Shown: positions 19,077-29,389 of the stretch, one piece after another | Layout: every line of letters begins with the position of its first letter | Position numbering within the stretch: the first letter of the stretch is position 1 | DNA from: an uncultured delta proteobacterium | GTDB taxonomy: Bacteria; Desulfobacterota; Syntrophia; Syntrophales; Smithellaceae | Direction of reading: 5' to 3' | DNA: 64,000 bases | NCBI GenBank assembly: GCA_963730275.1 | Contig: CAVSRI010000017.1 | Coordinates: 12,600 to 76,599 of the forward strand | Translations under genes and position numbers: made by a program | The notes under the pieces: model-generated | Told to the model about the DNA's origin: nothing | Seen by the model: the letters and a program-made list of their open reading frames with translations, nothing else | Databases searched by the model: none

Positions 19077-19157
19077 CGCGGGATAATTCGGCTTACAAAC
19101 TTCAATGCGCCTATAGTGACCTTTAGGTTATTCACTTTTGAAGTTTGAGCTTCATTA
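19077..19157 (+). repeat. Rep-A hairpin repeat, copy 2 (short form)
   Basis: The layout is CGCGGGATAATTCGGCTTAC, then stem AAACTTCAA, loop tgcgcctataGTGACCTTTAGGTTATtcactt, stem TTGAAGTTT, then tail GAGCTTCATTA. Confidence 0.7.
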
Positions 19158-19169
19158 TAAATGCAGTGA

Positions 19170-19204
19170 GGCCTCCGATTGTTTCTCTGAATAATGCGGA
19201 GGCC
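19170..19204 (-). terminator. GC-rich hairpin downstream of hup (possible terminator, no clear U-tract)
   Basis: GGCCTCCG, a 19-nt loop, then CGGAGGCC, starting 28 nt after the hup stop codon. Confidence 0.3.
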
Positions 19205-19231
19205 CCAGTTGAATAATGACTTAATAATTTA

Positions 19232-19504
19232 TTATTTACATTTATCGGCCAGCTCTTTACCGGCCTTGAATTTTACAACTTTCTTCGCGGGAATCTTTAT
19301 GGCTTTACCGGTTTGAGGGTTCCTGCCATCTCTCGCCTTCCTTTTAGCCACAGAAAACGTGCCAAATCCTACCAAGCCAATCTTGCCGCCCTTCTTCAGT
19401 TCTTTCGTGACTGCGTCAACGTATGCGTCCAGTGCCAGTGCTGCTGCTGCCTTAGTAATATCTGCTTCTTTTGCCATGGCATCGACCAAATCTGCTTTTG
19501 TCAT
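19232..19504 (-). CDS. hup: HU-family DNA-binding protein
   Basis: 90 aa. MTKADLVDAMAK...GFGTFSVAKRKARDGRNPQTGKAIKIPAKKVVKFKAGKEL. Confidence 0.9.
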   Translation of the reverse strand: MTKADLVDAMAKEADITKAAAALALDAYVDAVTKELKKGGKIGLVGFGTFSVAKRKARDGRNPQTGKAIKIPAKKVVKFKAGKELADKCK

Positions 19505-19944
19505 TCTTGAAATGCCTCCTTTCCTAAGATTAAATATATAAGATTATAATCAACCGCTTTTGCGGCTACAGCTAAGCTTCCGGCACTAAACCGCTATTGA
19601 ATCTGTGTTCCTCCTGATAATAACCGGCGTTAAACCTCAAAGCAAACTTTGAATCCATCGCGCATCTGTCAAATCCGAAATGTTTAACTTTTTCTCAGCC
19701 TGCATGATTACTCATTCGAGAAGGTGTCTTTCCTGCAAACTTGCGCTACGCCTAACACAAAAAAAATCAACAAGCAAGAAAAAAGTAATTCTCTCTCCGC
19801 AACCTCGTACCTCCGCTTTTTACCGTTAACTTTTCCTGACTATATTGATCCTACCGCGTACAATATCGTCGGAAAAATACTGTAGAGCCCTTTGACAAAG
19901 ACGACCCTTTATGTTAGTAAACCGCCGCACAACATCGGCAGCTT

Positions 19945-20865
19945 ATGCAATATTCAGTAAAACAAATACTAAGGGGATGGTTTAGCCTTTCCCGCCCTCC
20001 CTTTCATACAGTAGGAATACTGCCTTTTATATTAGGAACCGTACTTGCTTATAAATTCACGTCCTCAGTCAGTATTACAGTTTTCCTTCTTGGTGTTTTA
20101 GCGGTAATCCTGATCATGCTTTCCACTTACCATGCCGGAGAGTACTTCGATTACCAAGAAGATGAAATATCGCATCGTTTTTATAAAAGTAAGTTTGCCG
20201 GAGGTTCCGGAGTCACCCAAGAGGGAATATTGCCCCGTTCGGTTCCATTTTGGACCAGTATTATTTCTTTTATCCTCGCCGGATTCATCGGGCTGATTTT
20301 GCAGTTCTACTTCCAAACAGGCACATATACGCTCGTCCTCGGTTGCCTCGGGGCTTTCCCCGGTTTTTTTTATTCCGCTAAACCGATACGCCTTGTCCAG
20401 CGCGGCTTCGGTGAAATATTTATCGGTTTCTGTTATGGCTGGTTGCCCATCGCCTCCGCCTATTATATTCAAACCGCAACTATTGACCCGATCATTCACT
20501 GGCTGGGCATACCTATAGGATTTACCATCTTCAATGTAATTTTACTCAACGAATTCCCTGATTATATAGCCGACAATTCCGCGGGAAAAAGAAATTTGCT
20601 CAACCGTCTGGGCAAAAGAACCGGCATGACCATTTATGTAACTTTATCCTTATTAGCATCACTGGCCGTGCTTGCCTCACCACTTCGGGGCATTCCTTTT
20701 CGAGTTTTATATTTTTATTTGCCCGTACTGATCATTTCCTTATTTACCGTTGTGCTGATGCTGCGCGGCAAATATGAAGATAAAAAAATGCTGGAAATTT
20801 TATGCGCATTGAATATCGCCGTCAATCTGGGAACATCTCTGACGTATATTCTGACGTACATATAA
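19945..20865 (+). CDS. UbiA-family aromatic prenyltransferase (MenA-like)
   Basis: 306 aa with about 9 TM segments. Asp-rich motifs GEYFDYQEDE and NEFPDYIADNSAGKRNLLNRLG. Confidence 0.8.
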   Translation: MQYSVKQILRGWFSLSRPPFHTVGILPFILGTVLAYKFTSSVSITVFLLGVLAVILIMLSTYHAGEYFDYQEDEISHRFYKSKFAGGSGVTQEGILPRSVPFWTSIISFILAGFIGLILQFYFQTGTYTLVLGCLGAFPGFFYSAKPIRLVQRGFGEIFIGFCYGWLPIASAYYIQTATIDPIIHWLGIPIGFTIFNVILLNEFPDYIADNSAGKRNLLNRLGKRTGMTIYVTLSLLASLAVLASPLRGIPFRVLYFYLPVLIISLFTVVLMLRGKYEDKKMLEILCALNIAVNLGTSLTYILTYI

Positions 20866-20933
20866 AACTTAATCATGCAGAAAAAAAGAAAAGAAAATCA
20901 TTTTATAATCCTCCTGCCCTTTTATTCAGACAA

Positions 20934-22107
20934 ATGGGCAGTGTTTTACTCATGGGATATTTAAACCGCTGGCGGCACTTCCCCGGATGGCTTTTCCATC
21001 ATGGGTTTAAATCTATTCCGGTTGCCAACGGTTCTTTAGGCATGGGCTGCATCGGCTATCCCGGTCATCCGGTCTGGGAAGTAACCGGCGCTTGTAATTT
21101 AAAATGCATTCATTGTCATGCGGTAAGCGGTAAAGCCGATCCCGACGAGCTAACTACAGATGAAGGAAAGAAACTTATCGACATGCTGGCGGACGGAAGC
21201 GAATTTCGCACCTTGATCTTTACCGGAGGCGAACCGCTGGTTAGGCCGGATATTTTCACTTTACTTAGACATTCACAGCAGGCCGGGCTGGCCAATATCA
21301 TTGCCACCAACGGCACCTTGATCGATGAAGAGATAGCTTTTAAGTTGAAGGATCACGGTGTTGTTTGTAATGCCATCAGCATTGACGCCGCCAATGCCGA
21401 AATTCATGATCTGGTAAGAAATCAGCCCGGTGCTTTCGATCAGGCGCTCAGGGCAATTGAAGCCACGAAAGAAAGCGGGCATACTTTTGCAAATCAATAC
21501 AACGGCCATGGAATACAATATGCCTCATTTGCCCGAGCTCATTGATTTTGCCGATGGCTGCGGCGCGGGTATTATGCTGATGTATCAGCTTGTCGCCGTC
21601 GGCCGGGGAGAAAAATAGAAAAAGCCACTTTAAAGAAAAGCGCCAATAAATATTTAAGCGAACTTATTGCCGCTAAACAAAAAGTCGCCAAAACCATGAT
21701 CGAACCGGTTGCTGGCCCGCAATATTGGCCTTATATTCTGGAAAAAAAAGGTATTCGGGACGGTCTGCTGTTAAAAATAGCAGGAAAATTTTTTCACGGC
21801 TGCGCTGCGGTAGGGTTTTGTTTACATCAAAGCCAACGGCGATGTCTGGCCATGTCCCTTTGTCGAGATCAATGCGGGAAATATCAAAGAAATAGGAGTT
21901 TTCAGCAAGATTTACTATGAATCGCCCGTATTCCAGAATTTACGGCAGCGGGAAGATAGACTAAAAGGCATCTGCGGCGAATGCAATTACAAAACTGTTT
22001 GCGGCGGCTGCCGCGGACGCGCCTTGGCTTACAGCGGAGATTATCTGGCGGAAGATCCCCGCTGTTTTATCCGTGAGACCCAAGTTTCAAAGACAGAAGT
22101 GCAGTGA
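20934..22107 (+). pseudogene. Radical SAM / SPASM-domain protein, interrupted by three frame changes
   Basis: GACNLKCIHCH (CxxxCxxC) with FTGGEPLVRPD lies in frame 0. The text continues in frame 1 (LLQINTTAMEYNMPHLPELIDFADGCGAGIMLMYQLVAVGRGEK*), returns to frame 0 (IEKATL...AGKFFHGCAAV), then frame 1 again (GFVYIKANGDVWPCPF...CGECNYKTVCGGCRGRALAYSGDYLAEDPRCF, a SPASM motif) and stops at 22105-22107. Two switches sit at short homopolymers (GGG near 21478, A5 at 21611-21615). Confidence 0.7.
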
Positions 22108-22290
22108 AATTGTTAGGTCGAATTAATCCACTCAGCGAAAACAAATGGAGTACAGTTTGAAGCGTTAGTGAAAGTGATGCCAAGCCTGAAAGCGAACAAG
22201 TGAATGCGGAGGGTATACGGCGAGACCATACCAGTGCGAAGAGCGAGATAAAGAACAAAGTGAAGCTGAGGCGCATAACATGTAAATATC
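22095..22290. repeat. Purine-rich Rep-C-related repeat block filling the rSAM / kdpD-remnant junction
   Basis: Reiterated GTGAA/GCGAA units (cagtgaaatt, cagcgaaaac, tagtgaaagtg, tgaaagcgaacaagtgaatgcggag). A GGTAT-acggcgagacc-ATACC hairpin is followed by gtgcgaagagcgag...gtgaagctgaggcgcataac, resembling the Rep-C right arm. Confidence 0.45.
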
Positions 22291-22309
22291 CATCCTAATT
22301 CAATCCTCA

Positions 22310-24266
22310 CCCACCGGGCGGCGACCAGTGATGTCAGATTGGATATGGTTCCCAGGATGCGGCGCTGTTCGGGAAGAAGATTCTTAAACTCATATTTAAT
22401 GCCGACTACTGCCGATTATCTCCTCCTGGGATTTGATCGGCAGGAAACAATAGGGGATACTCGGCAGAGTTTCCGTTCCGGCGCCGGCAATTTCCCCGTG
22501 AGAAAATGTCCAATTGGCAACAGCCAGATCATTTTGATTAATTTCCAAATCCGGACTGCTCTTGGACCATAACTGCAAGTCACCTTTCTTTTCTTTAAAC
22601 AGAACAAAACAGGGAACATTAATAACCTTCCGGACATACTTGATGGTGAGATTGCTGATGTCATTAATAATTGTTGTCCGCAGGAAGGCCAGGGTATTCA
22701 TAGTTTCCTGAGAAAAAGTGGCCAGTCCTTCCACCAACTGCTCCGAGCGGAGGAAGGGTCAAGAATTCCTTGCTCATCTCTTCGATCAGGAACAACCCTC
22801 TCCAGCCTTAGTTGCAGAGCGATATTCTGTTTTTTTACAACCTTTACCAATTGCCCGATAATAATTGCGGTAAAAAGGAAAACCAAGATGTTAATTATTT
22901 CCTTGGGATCTTTCATGAAAAGCTGTATATGGGTACGGTAAAGAAAAAATCATAAGTTAAAAGACTAACGATCGAAGTAAATATTGACGGCCACACACCA
23001 AACAACAAGGCGCTAACAATTGTAGCAATCAAATAGATATAAACTAACGAAGATGGATCAACAAAGTTCTGAAGAACAGTGTTAGCCAGAGTGATAATCG
23101 CAATCATGCCCAGCGCCATTAAGTAATGCGACAATTTAAACGCTATTTCTTCGAGAGGAGGACTGGGTTCTTCTTCTTTTTTCCCCATGGTCGGAGTAAT
23201 GAGATGGAGTTCAAAATCACTCGAGGCATGAAGGAGACGGGAAACAGGTGATCTTTTAAAAAATTCAACAATCGCCGAACGCAGCGGTTTACCGATCACG
23301 ATCCGGGTAATATTATTTTCCCGGGCAAAACGAATAATTTCATCGGCAACATCATTGCCGGAAAGCGTCATGATTTTTGCGCCCAGCTCTTCGGCAAGAT
23401 TCAGGGCATCCGTTAAATAAACTTTTTCCTTGCCCGAAGGCTCGGTAAATCCGGTGGGCAAAACATAGACTGCGTACCATTCGGCATGAGTATCTTTAGC
23501 AATTGCGTAGGCCTTGCGAATCAACTGTTTGGCATAGGGACTGGCGGCAATACAGACAACCAGCTTTTCTGTGGCAGGCCAAGGGCCGGCAATCGCCTTT
23601 GCCCTCATATAATTAATGAGCTCACTGTCCATTTTACGGGCAACAAGGGTCAACATGAGTTCACGCAGCGCAAACAGATTGCCCCGCTGGAAAAAATTAT
23701 CAATAGCCTGCTCGGCTTGTTTGGGGAAATATACCTTGCCTTCCTTTAACCTTTGGATAAGCTCTTCCCAGGGAATATCGACTACCTGAACTTCGTCGGT
23801 GCGGTCGAAAAATGTGTCCGGCAATGTTTCCTGCATGCGGACACCGGTGATTTTGGCCACAGCGTCATTCATGCTTTCAAAGTGCTGGATATTGACTGTT
23901 GTGTGCACATCAATTCCTTGTTCCAGCAACTCTTCAATATCCTGATAACGCTTGGGATGACGGCTGCCCTCGATATTGGTATGGGCAAGTTCATCCACCA
24001 GAACAACCGCCGGACGCCGCGCGAGAATCGCGTCCAAATCCATTTCGCTGACAAGAATGCCATTATATTCAATTGATTTTCTGGGTACTGATTTCCAGAT
24101 CGGCAAGAAGCGCTTCCGTTTCGGCGCGCTTATGTGTTTCGACAATGCCCACAACAACATCAATGCCTCGTTTCTTCAACACATGGGCGTCATTGAGCAT
24201 GGCAAAAGTTTTACCGACACCCGGGGCGTAGCCGAGAAATATTTTTAATCTTCCACTTTCCATCAT
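22310..24266 (-). pseudogene. kdpD: kdpD sensor kinase remnant: four frame changes and loss of the HisKA/HATPase_c domains
   Basis: Pieces: 24069-24266 (MMESGRLKIFLGYAPGVGKTFAML), 22913-24163 (LVDELAHTN...NIQHFES, a Usp-like region, TM helices), 22698-22916 and 22396-22737 (GAF-like). A further frame reads ...VGIKYEFKNLLPEQRRILGTISNLTSLVAAR and dies near 22310. No H-box or ATPase motifs follow. Confidence 0.75.
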
Positions 24267-24367
24267 CCTTTTCTATTTCTTTCAAAAGGGCATCGGGATC
24301 AGGTCTTAAATTTTTTTCTTCCATGAAATTACCTTTGGATTCAATTTACCGCTAAACCCTTATATTA

Positions 24368-24929
24368 TCAAGATGCAATATTCAATCGCAAAACATTGAC
24401 TCGCTGCATTCCCCAAATACCCCAGAAAAGGATTTTCCGTATTTTGATGAACAATCTTTTCAATTACAGACTGAGAAATTTTCCTTTCTCTGGCAATGCG
24501 CGGAACTTGAAGCAGCGCGGCTTCCGTGCTAATATGCGGATCAAGCCCGCTGGCGGAAGCTAGAACCAGATCGGCAGGAATCGGCATATTGGCAGGCAAT
24601 CCATTTTCCCTGCGAACTTGTTCAATACGCGTCTTTGACTTGCTCTAATAGTTTTGCGCGAAGAGGGCGCCAGATTGCTGCCCCGAGAATTACTGGCGTC
24701 ATAGGGAGGATCTGTGGCCGATGGCCGGCCATGAAAATATTCGGGGCGAGTGAATAATTGTCCTATAAGCTGCGATCCGATGACGATATCACCCTTTTTA
24801 ATTATATTGGCATTGGATTGCCGGGGAAATATGATTTGTGATACCGCCGTAATCATGAGCGGATAAATCAATCCGCAAATAATGTGATAATCCCGCAAAA
24901 ACCAAAATAGAACGTTTCAGTTGCAGCAT
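24368..24929 (-). pseudogene. kdpC: kdpC (K+-transporting ATPase C chain), three frame changes
   Basis: ATG at 24929 with GGAG upstream (MLQLKRSILVF...). The frame then shifts to ...GLIYPLMITAVSQIIFPRQSNANIIKKGDIVIGSQLIGQLFTRPEYFHGRPSA, then to ...PADLVLASASGLDPHIS..AALLQVPRIA. The likely true end ...QRVNVLRLNIAS* at 24368 is in yet another frame. Confidence 0.75.
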
Positions 24930-24940
24930 TGGCATCTCCT

Positions 24941-26981
24941 TTATAATAACTTCAATATAGATATTAAAATATCAATTATTTTTATGCCGGCGAAAGGCAG
25001 CATTAATCCTCCCACTCCGTAAATCATGAGATTGCGGCGCAGCAAAGCCGATGCGCTTGCCGGATTGATAACGCACACCGCGCAGTGCCAGAGGAATCAA
25101 GAGCGGAATGATGATGGCGTTAAAAATCACCGCCGACAGAACAGCGCTGTGAGGACTGGCCAGATGCATGATATCTAGTATCCGCAACTGAGGATACCCA
25201 AGAATAAAGATCGCCGGAATGATGGCAAAATATTTGGCGACATCATTGGCGACACTGAAAGTTGTCAGCGCCCCGCGGGTAATGAGAATCTGTTTGCCGA
25301 TTTCGACAAGGTCCAGAAGTTTGGTCGGGTTGGAATCAAGATCAACGATGTTGGCCGCTTCCCTGGCTGCCTGCGTGCCGGCATTCATCGCCACGGCCAC
25401 ATCGGCCTGAGCCAGCGCCGGCGCATCGTTGGTTCCGTCACCGATCATCGCCACCAGATGTCCTATTCTCTTGATAATCTACGAATGAGTTCCAATTTTG
25501 TTGCCGGTCTGGCCTCGGCAACAAAATCATCACACCCGGCCTCAGCGGCAATGGTAGCCGCCGTTAAAGGATTATCTCCGGTAATCATAATGGACTTAAT
25601 CCCCATTTGCCGCAGTTTGGCAATACGGCCGCTGATGCCTTCTTTGAGAACATCTTTGAGCCGGATTGCGCCAAGAATTTCCCCATCCTCAGCAACCAAA
25701 AGAGGCGTCGAACCTTCAGTGGAAATATTGGTTACTATTTTTTCCACATCCTCTGCTAATGGGCACCCCTTTGACCTCAACAAACTCTTTCATAGCATCC
25801 AGAGCCCCTTTTCTTATCCGGTGACCACTCCAGTCAATGCCGCTCATCCGCGTCTCCGCACTGAAAGGGGAAAAAACAGCTCCCTCCGGGGCGCGAATAT
25901 CACTACCGCGTATTCCCAGTTTTTCTTTAGCCAAAACAACAATACTTCGGCCTTCTGGTGTATCATCGGCAAGCGATGATAAAAGCGCCGCATTGATAAG
26001 GTCGGTTTCTTTTCTCTTATCCAGAGGAATAAATTCTGTCGCCATTCTATTGCCCAGCGTTATCGTGCCGGTTTTATCCATAAGCACAATATCAACATCG
26101 CCGGAAGCTTCCACAGCCCGGCCGCTCATCGCTATAAAATTATACTGTAACAATCTATCCATGCCCGCAATTCCTATGGCCGGCAATAATCCTCCAATGG
26201 TGGTGGGCATCAGGCACACCAGCAGGGCAATCAGGGTGGCAACAGCAACATTAACTCCCATGTAAGCGGCAAAATATTTTAAGGTCACGACAACAATAAT
26301 GAAGAGGATCGTCAGCGCAATTAAAAGCATATTGAGCGCCCGCTCATTGGGAGTCTTCTGTCTTTTGGCGCCTTCGACCATGCCAATCATCTGATCGAGA
26401 AAGCTTTCGCCGGGATTGGCGGTAATGCGAACTTTTATTTTCCCCGAGAGCACTCGCGTTCCTCCGGTCACGCCGCTGCGGTCGCCGCCGCATTCTCTGA
26501 TGACGGGTGCGGATTCTCCGGTTATGGCCGATTCATCGATAAGCGCGGTCCCCACGGCGACCTCACCGTCTCCGGGGATAGTATCGCCGTCTTCCAGAAG
26601 AATCATGTCTTCTTTTTTCAACTGCAAGGCGGATATTGTTTCCGTGCTGCCGTCATTCAATAATCGTTTAGCTATAGCTTCTGAACGGTTCTTTTTGAGA
26701 GAATCGGCTTGTGCCCGTCCCTGGCCTTCGGCCAGGGCTTCAGCAAAATTGGCAAATATTACCGTAAACCACAACCACAAGGTAATCTGCAAATCAAAGG
26801 CGATACTTCTGCCGGTAAAAATATCATGCATAACAATAAACGTAGTTACGACGGTGACCATCTCCACAATGAACATCACCGGACTTTGAATCATGATCAG
26901 CGGATTTAGTTTCGCCAGCGAATCTTTCAGCGCCGGTAAAATAAATTTCGCTTGCCAGATATTGATTTTTTTTGATTTCAT
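24941..26981 (-). pseudogene. kdpB: kdpB (P-type K+-ATPase catalytic chain), three frame changes
   Basis: Pieces 25716-26981 (VLMDKTGTITLGN phosphorylation site), 25463-25783 ([18 protein letters not shown]) and 24972-25454 ([17 protein letters not shown]). The C-terminus ...[26 protein letters not shown]...* ends at 24941 in a fourth frame. Confidence 0.8.
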
Positions 26982-26992
26982 TTTCCTTCACC

Positions 26993-28701
26993 TCAAAACG
27001 TTTTGCCGATCGCCAGGAGCAGATGTTCCAGAAACGGCCCCAAAGTAAAGACCGGAAAAAATGTCAGCGCGCCGACAACAATGATTACACTGACCAGCAT
27101 GACAATAAAAAGAATGCTTGTCGTGGGAAAAGTCGCTACACTTGCCGGAACAATTTTCTTACCCGCCAGAGCGCCCGCAATCGCCAAAGCCGGAATGATG
27201 GTGGAAAACCTACCGACCAGCATGGCCAGAGAGGTAGTGAGATTATAGAAAATTGTGTTAGCATTTAGTCCGGCAAAGGCAGAGCCGTTATTGCCGGCGG
27301 TCGAGGCAAAAGCATAAATAATTTCGGATAACCCATGCGGCCCGGCATTCCCGAGGCTGGCAATCCCGGCCTGCAGTGGAAATGGCCACGCTCGATAAGA
27401 TGAGCAGAAAAATAGCCGGCGAAATAATAATCACTACCGCCATAACCATTTCCAGAAGCTCCAGCTTTTTGCCTATGAATTCCGGAGTCCGGCCGATCAT
27501 CAATCCCGCCAGAAACATCGTGAGGATGGCATAACCGAGCATGCCGATAAGGCCGGTGCCCACGCCCCCGAAGATGACTTCACCAATGGCCATGTTAAAC
27601 AGGAGAACCAGTCCGCTCAGAGGCAGCATACTATCGTGCATGCTGTTGACGGCTCCGCAGGAGGTAACAGTTGTGGACTGGGCAAATAAAACAGATTCGA
27701 CAACTCCGAATCTTACTTCTTTGCCTTCCATGTTTATCCCGCTTGCCACCCCTGCTTTTTCCAGCAGCGGATTCCCCTGCGTTTCCGCCCAGGCAAAAAG
27801 GCCCAGTCCCGCAAGATAGAAAATCATCATCGCGGCAAATATCGCCAATCCCTGACGCCGGTTTTTCAACATTGCTCCCAAAGTAAAAGGCAAAGCCGCC
27901 GCAATTAAAAGAAGCCCCAGCACTTCCAAAAAATCAGTCAGCGGTGTCGGGTTTTCGAAGGGATGGGCGGAATTGGCGTTAAAGAATCCGCCGCCATTGG
28001 TGCCGATCTGCTTGATTGCTACCTGGGAAGCCACAGGACCGACAGCAATAACCTGTTTACTTCCTTCCAATGTCTGCGCCTGGACGGAGGGACTCAAAGT
28101 TTGAACTGACTCCCTGGGAAACCAGAAGAATTGACCATATAATCACCAGCGGCAGCAACACATATAAAACACAGCGGGTGAGATCCACCCAGAAGTTGCC
28201 GATCGCTGCTGCTGATTTACGGATGAACCCCCTGATTAAGGCCATGACCGCAACAATACCAATAGCGGCGGAAGAAAAGTTTTGGAAGGTAAGGCCTAAC
28301 ATCTGGGTGAGGTAACTCATGGTTTGTTCTCCGCTGTAGGCCTGCCAGTTGGTGTTGGTACCGAAAGAGATAGCGGTATTGAGAGCAGTGTCCCAGCGCA
28401 CAGCGCCGAATTTCTGCGGATTGAATGGAAGAATTCCCTGAATAAGCTGCAGAAAGAATAATGCCGCTATGCCGATTACATTAAATAGAACCAGAGAGAG
28501 GGCATAAGTTTTCCAGGACATTTCTTCTCCCACATCAACTCTGAACAGCCGATAAAGAAATCTTTCCACAGGAGTAACAATAGGCGCGAGAAATGTTTTG
28601 CCGCCGCTAAAGACTTTCGCCATATATTCTCCCAAAGGAAAAGCCAATAGCGTTAAGATTAACGGAAATAACGTGATGCATAACCAGTCATTCGTTGTCA
28701 T
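26993..28701 (-). pseudogene. kdpA: kdpA (K+-ATPase channel-like chain), two frame changes
   Basis: Pieces 28057-28701 (MTTNDWL..., NTNWQAYSGEQTMSYL), 27288-28097 (IGTNGGGFFNANSAHPFENP) and a third frame from ~27345 (...GIASLGNAGPHGLSEIIYAFASTAGNNGSAFAGLNANT...) ending at 26993. Confidence 0.8.
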
Positions 28702-28924
28702 TTAATCCTCCTTTTGTTTTTCCCCATTTTCAAACAAAATAACACGGCCGCTCAAGCCCATTAGTGCCATATATAAAAATTAAAATAATCATGAAGCATT
28801 TGATAAGAAGACAAATCAATAAAAGTCATGGGAGAGCTAAAGACAAGCGGACAAAGTGATTCCCGCTTTTCAGCAAAAGACATTTGCCGTAGAAGAATTG
28901 ATGAAAAAAGAACAGGCATCCCTT

Positions 28925-29060
28925 CTTTATCCTCCCATACGCCGACGAGGTTAGCTGACGGGCTTGGACATGGAAGTGTCCCCTTCTTCATTAATTAAGA
29001 AATTCGCCCCGAACTACCCGGTTCCCCCGCATCCACTCCGTAATGGATTTAGGCATTGTT
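28925..29060 (-). promoter_or_regulatory. c-di-AMP riboswitch (ydaO/kimA class) in the kdp leader
   Basis: The minus-strand RNA reads ...UCCAUUACGGAGUGGAUGCGGGGGAACCGGGUAGUUCGGGGCGAAUUUC...GGGGACACUUCCAUGUCCAAGCCCGUCAGCUAACCUCGUCGGCGUAUGGGAGG. The blocks GCGGGGGAACC, GGGGCGAAU and CCGUCAGCUAACCUCGU..GCGU match the conserved blocks I recall from the B. subtilis ydaO leader (GCGGGGGACCC, GGGGUGAAUC, CCGUCAGCUAACCUCGUAAGCGU). It sits between a promoter and kdpA, a known context for this riboswitch class. Confidence 0.75.
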
Positions 29061-29075
29061 AAAACATTGTCGAGC

Positions 29076-29104
29076 TAGCTATGCTCTTTTCAGATGACTG
29101 TCAA
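29076..29104 (-). promoter_or_regulatory. Sigma70-like promoter of the kdp leader
   Basis: On the minus strand: TTGACA (29104-29099), 17-nt spacer, TAGCTA (29081-29076), about 15 nt before the riboswitch. Confidence 0.4.
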
Positions 29105-29389
29105 GTAATATTTGCCGTACATTTTTGTATTATTTATTCATCTTTCTTGAGTTGGACATCCTTTTGATTTGGTTTGATGGATACAGTGCTAAAATTTTTA
29201 CAATAAGGAGATTCTTATGGAAGCGTTCAATCCGTAATAAACATAATTCATACCCACCGGCAAACATCAACACCGCACCCCATATTTGGGAGCCTATATT
29301 ACATTGACACACAAGATCGTTCTTAGTATAATTTTACATTAATAAAGAAAGTTATTATCAATAAATGTAATCTCCAATAGGAATTCCTG

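Noticed and set aside
18997-19231. Possible T-box or tryptophan attenuator leader upstream of trpS.
   Set aside because: No T-box consensus or Trp-codon leader peptide is present. The structured sequence is explained by the Rep-A/Rep-B repeat and the hup-proximal hairpin.
28702-28860. Possible kdpF mini-gene upstream of kdpA (for example MIILIFIYGTNGLERPCYFV or MALMGLSGRVILFENGEKQKED).
   Set aside because: None of the short ORFs gives a convincing single hydrophobic helix of KdpF type. With so many frameshifts in the operon, I cannot support a call.
28761-28991. 76-aa minus-strand ORF between the kdp promoter and kdpA.
   Set aside because: It overlaps the 3' half of the c-di-AMP riboswitch and its expression platform. 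The peptide has no recognisable features.
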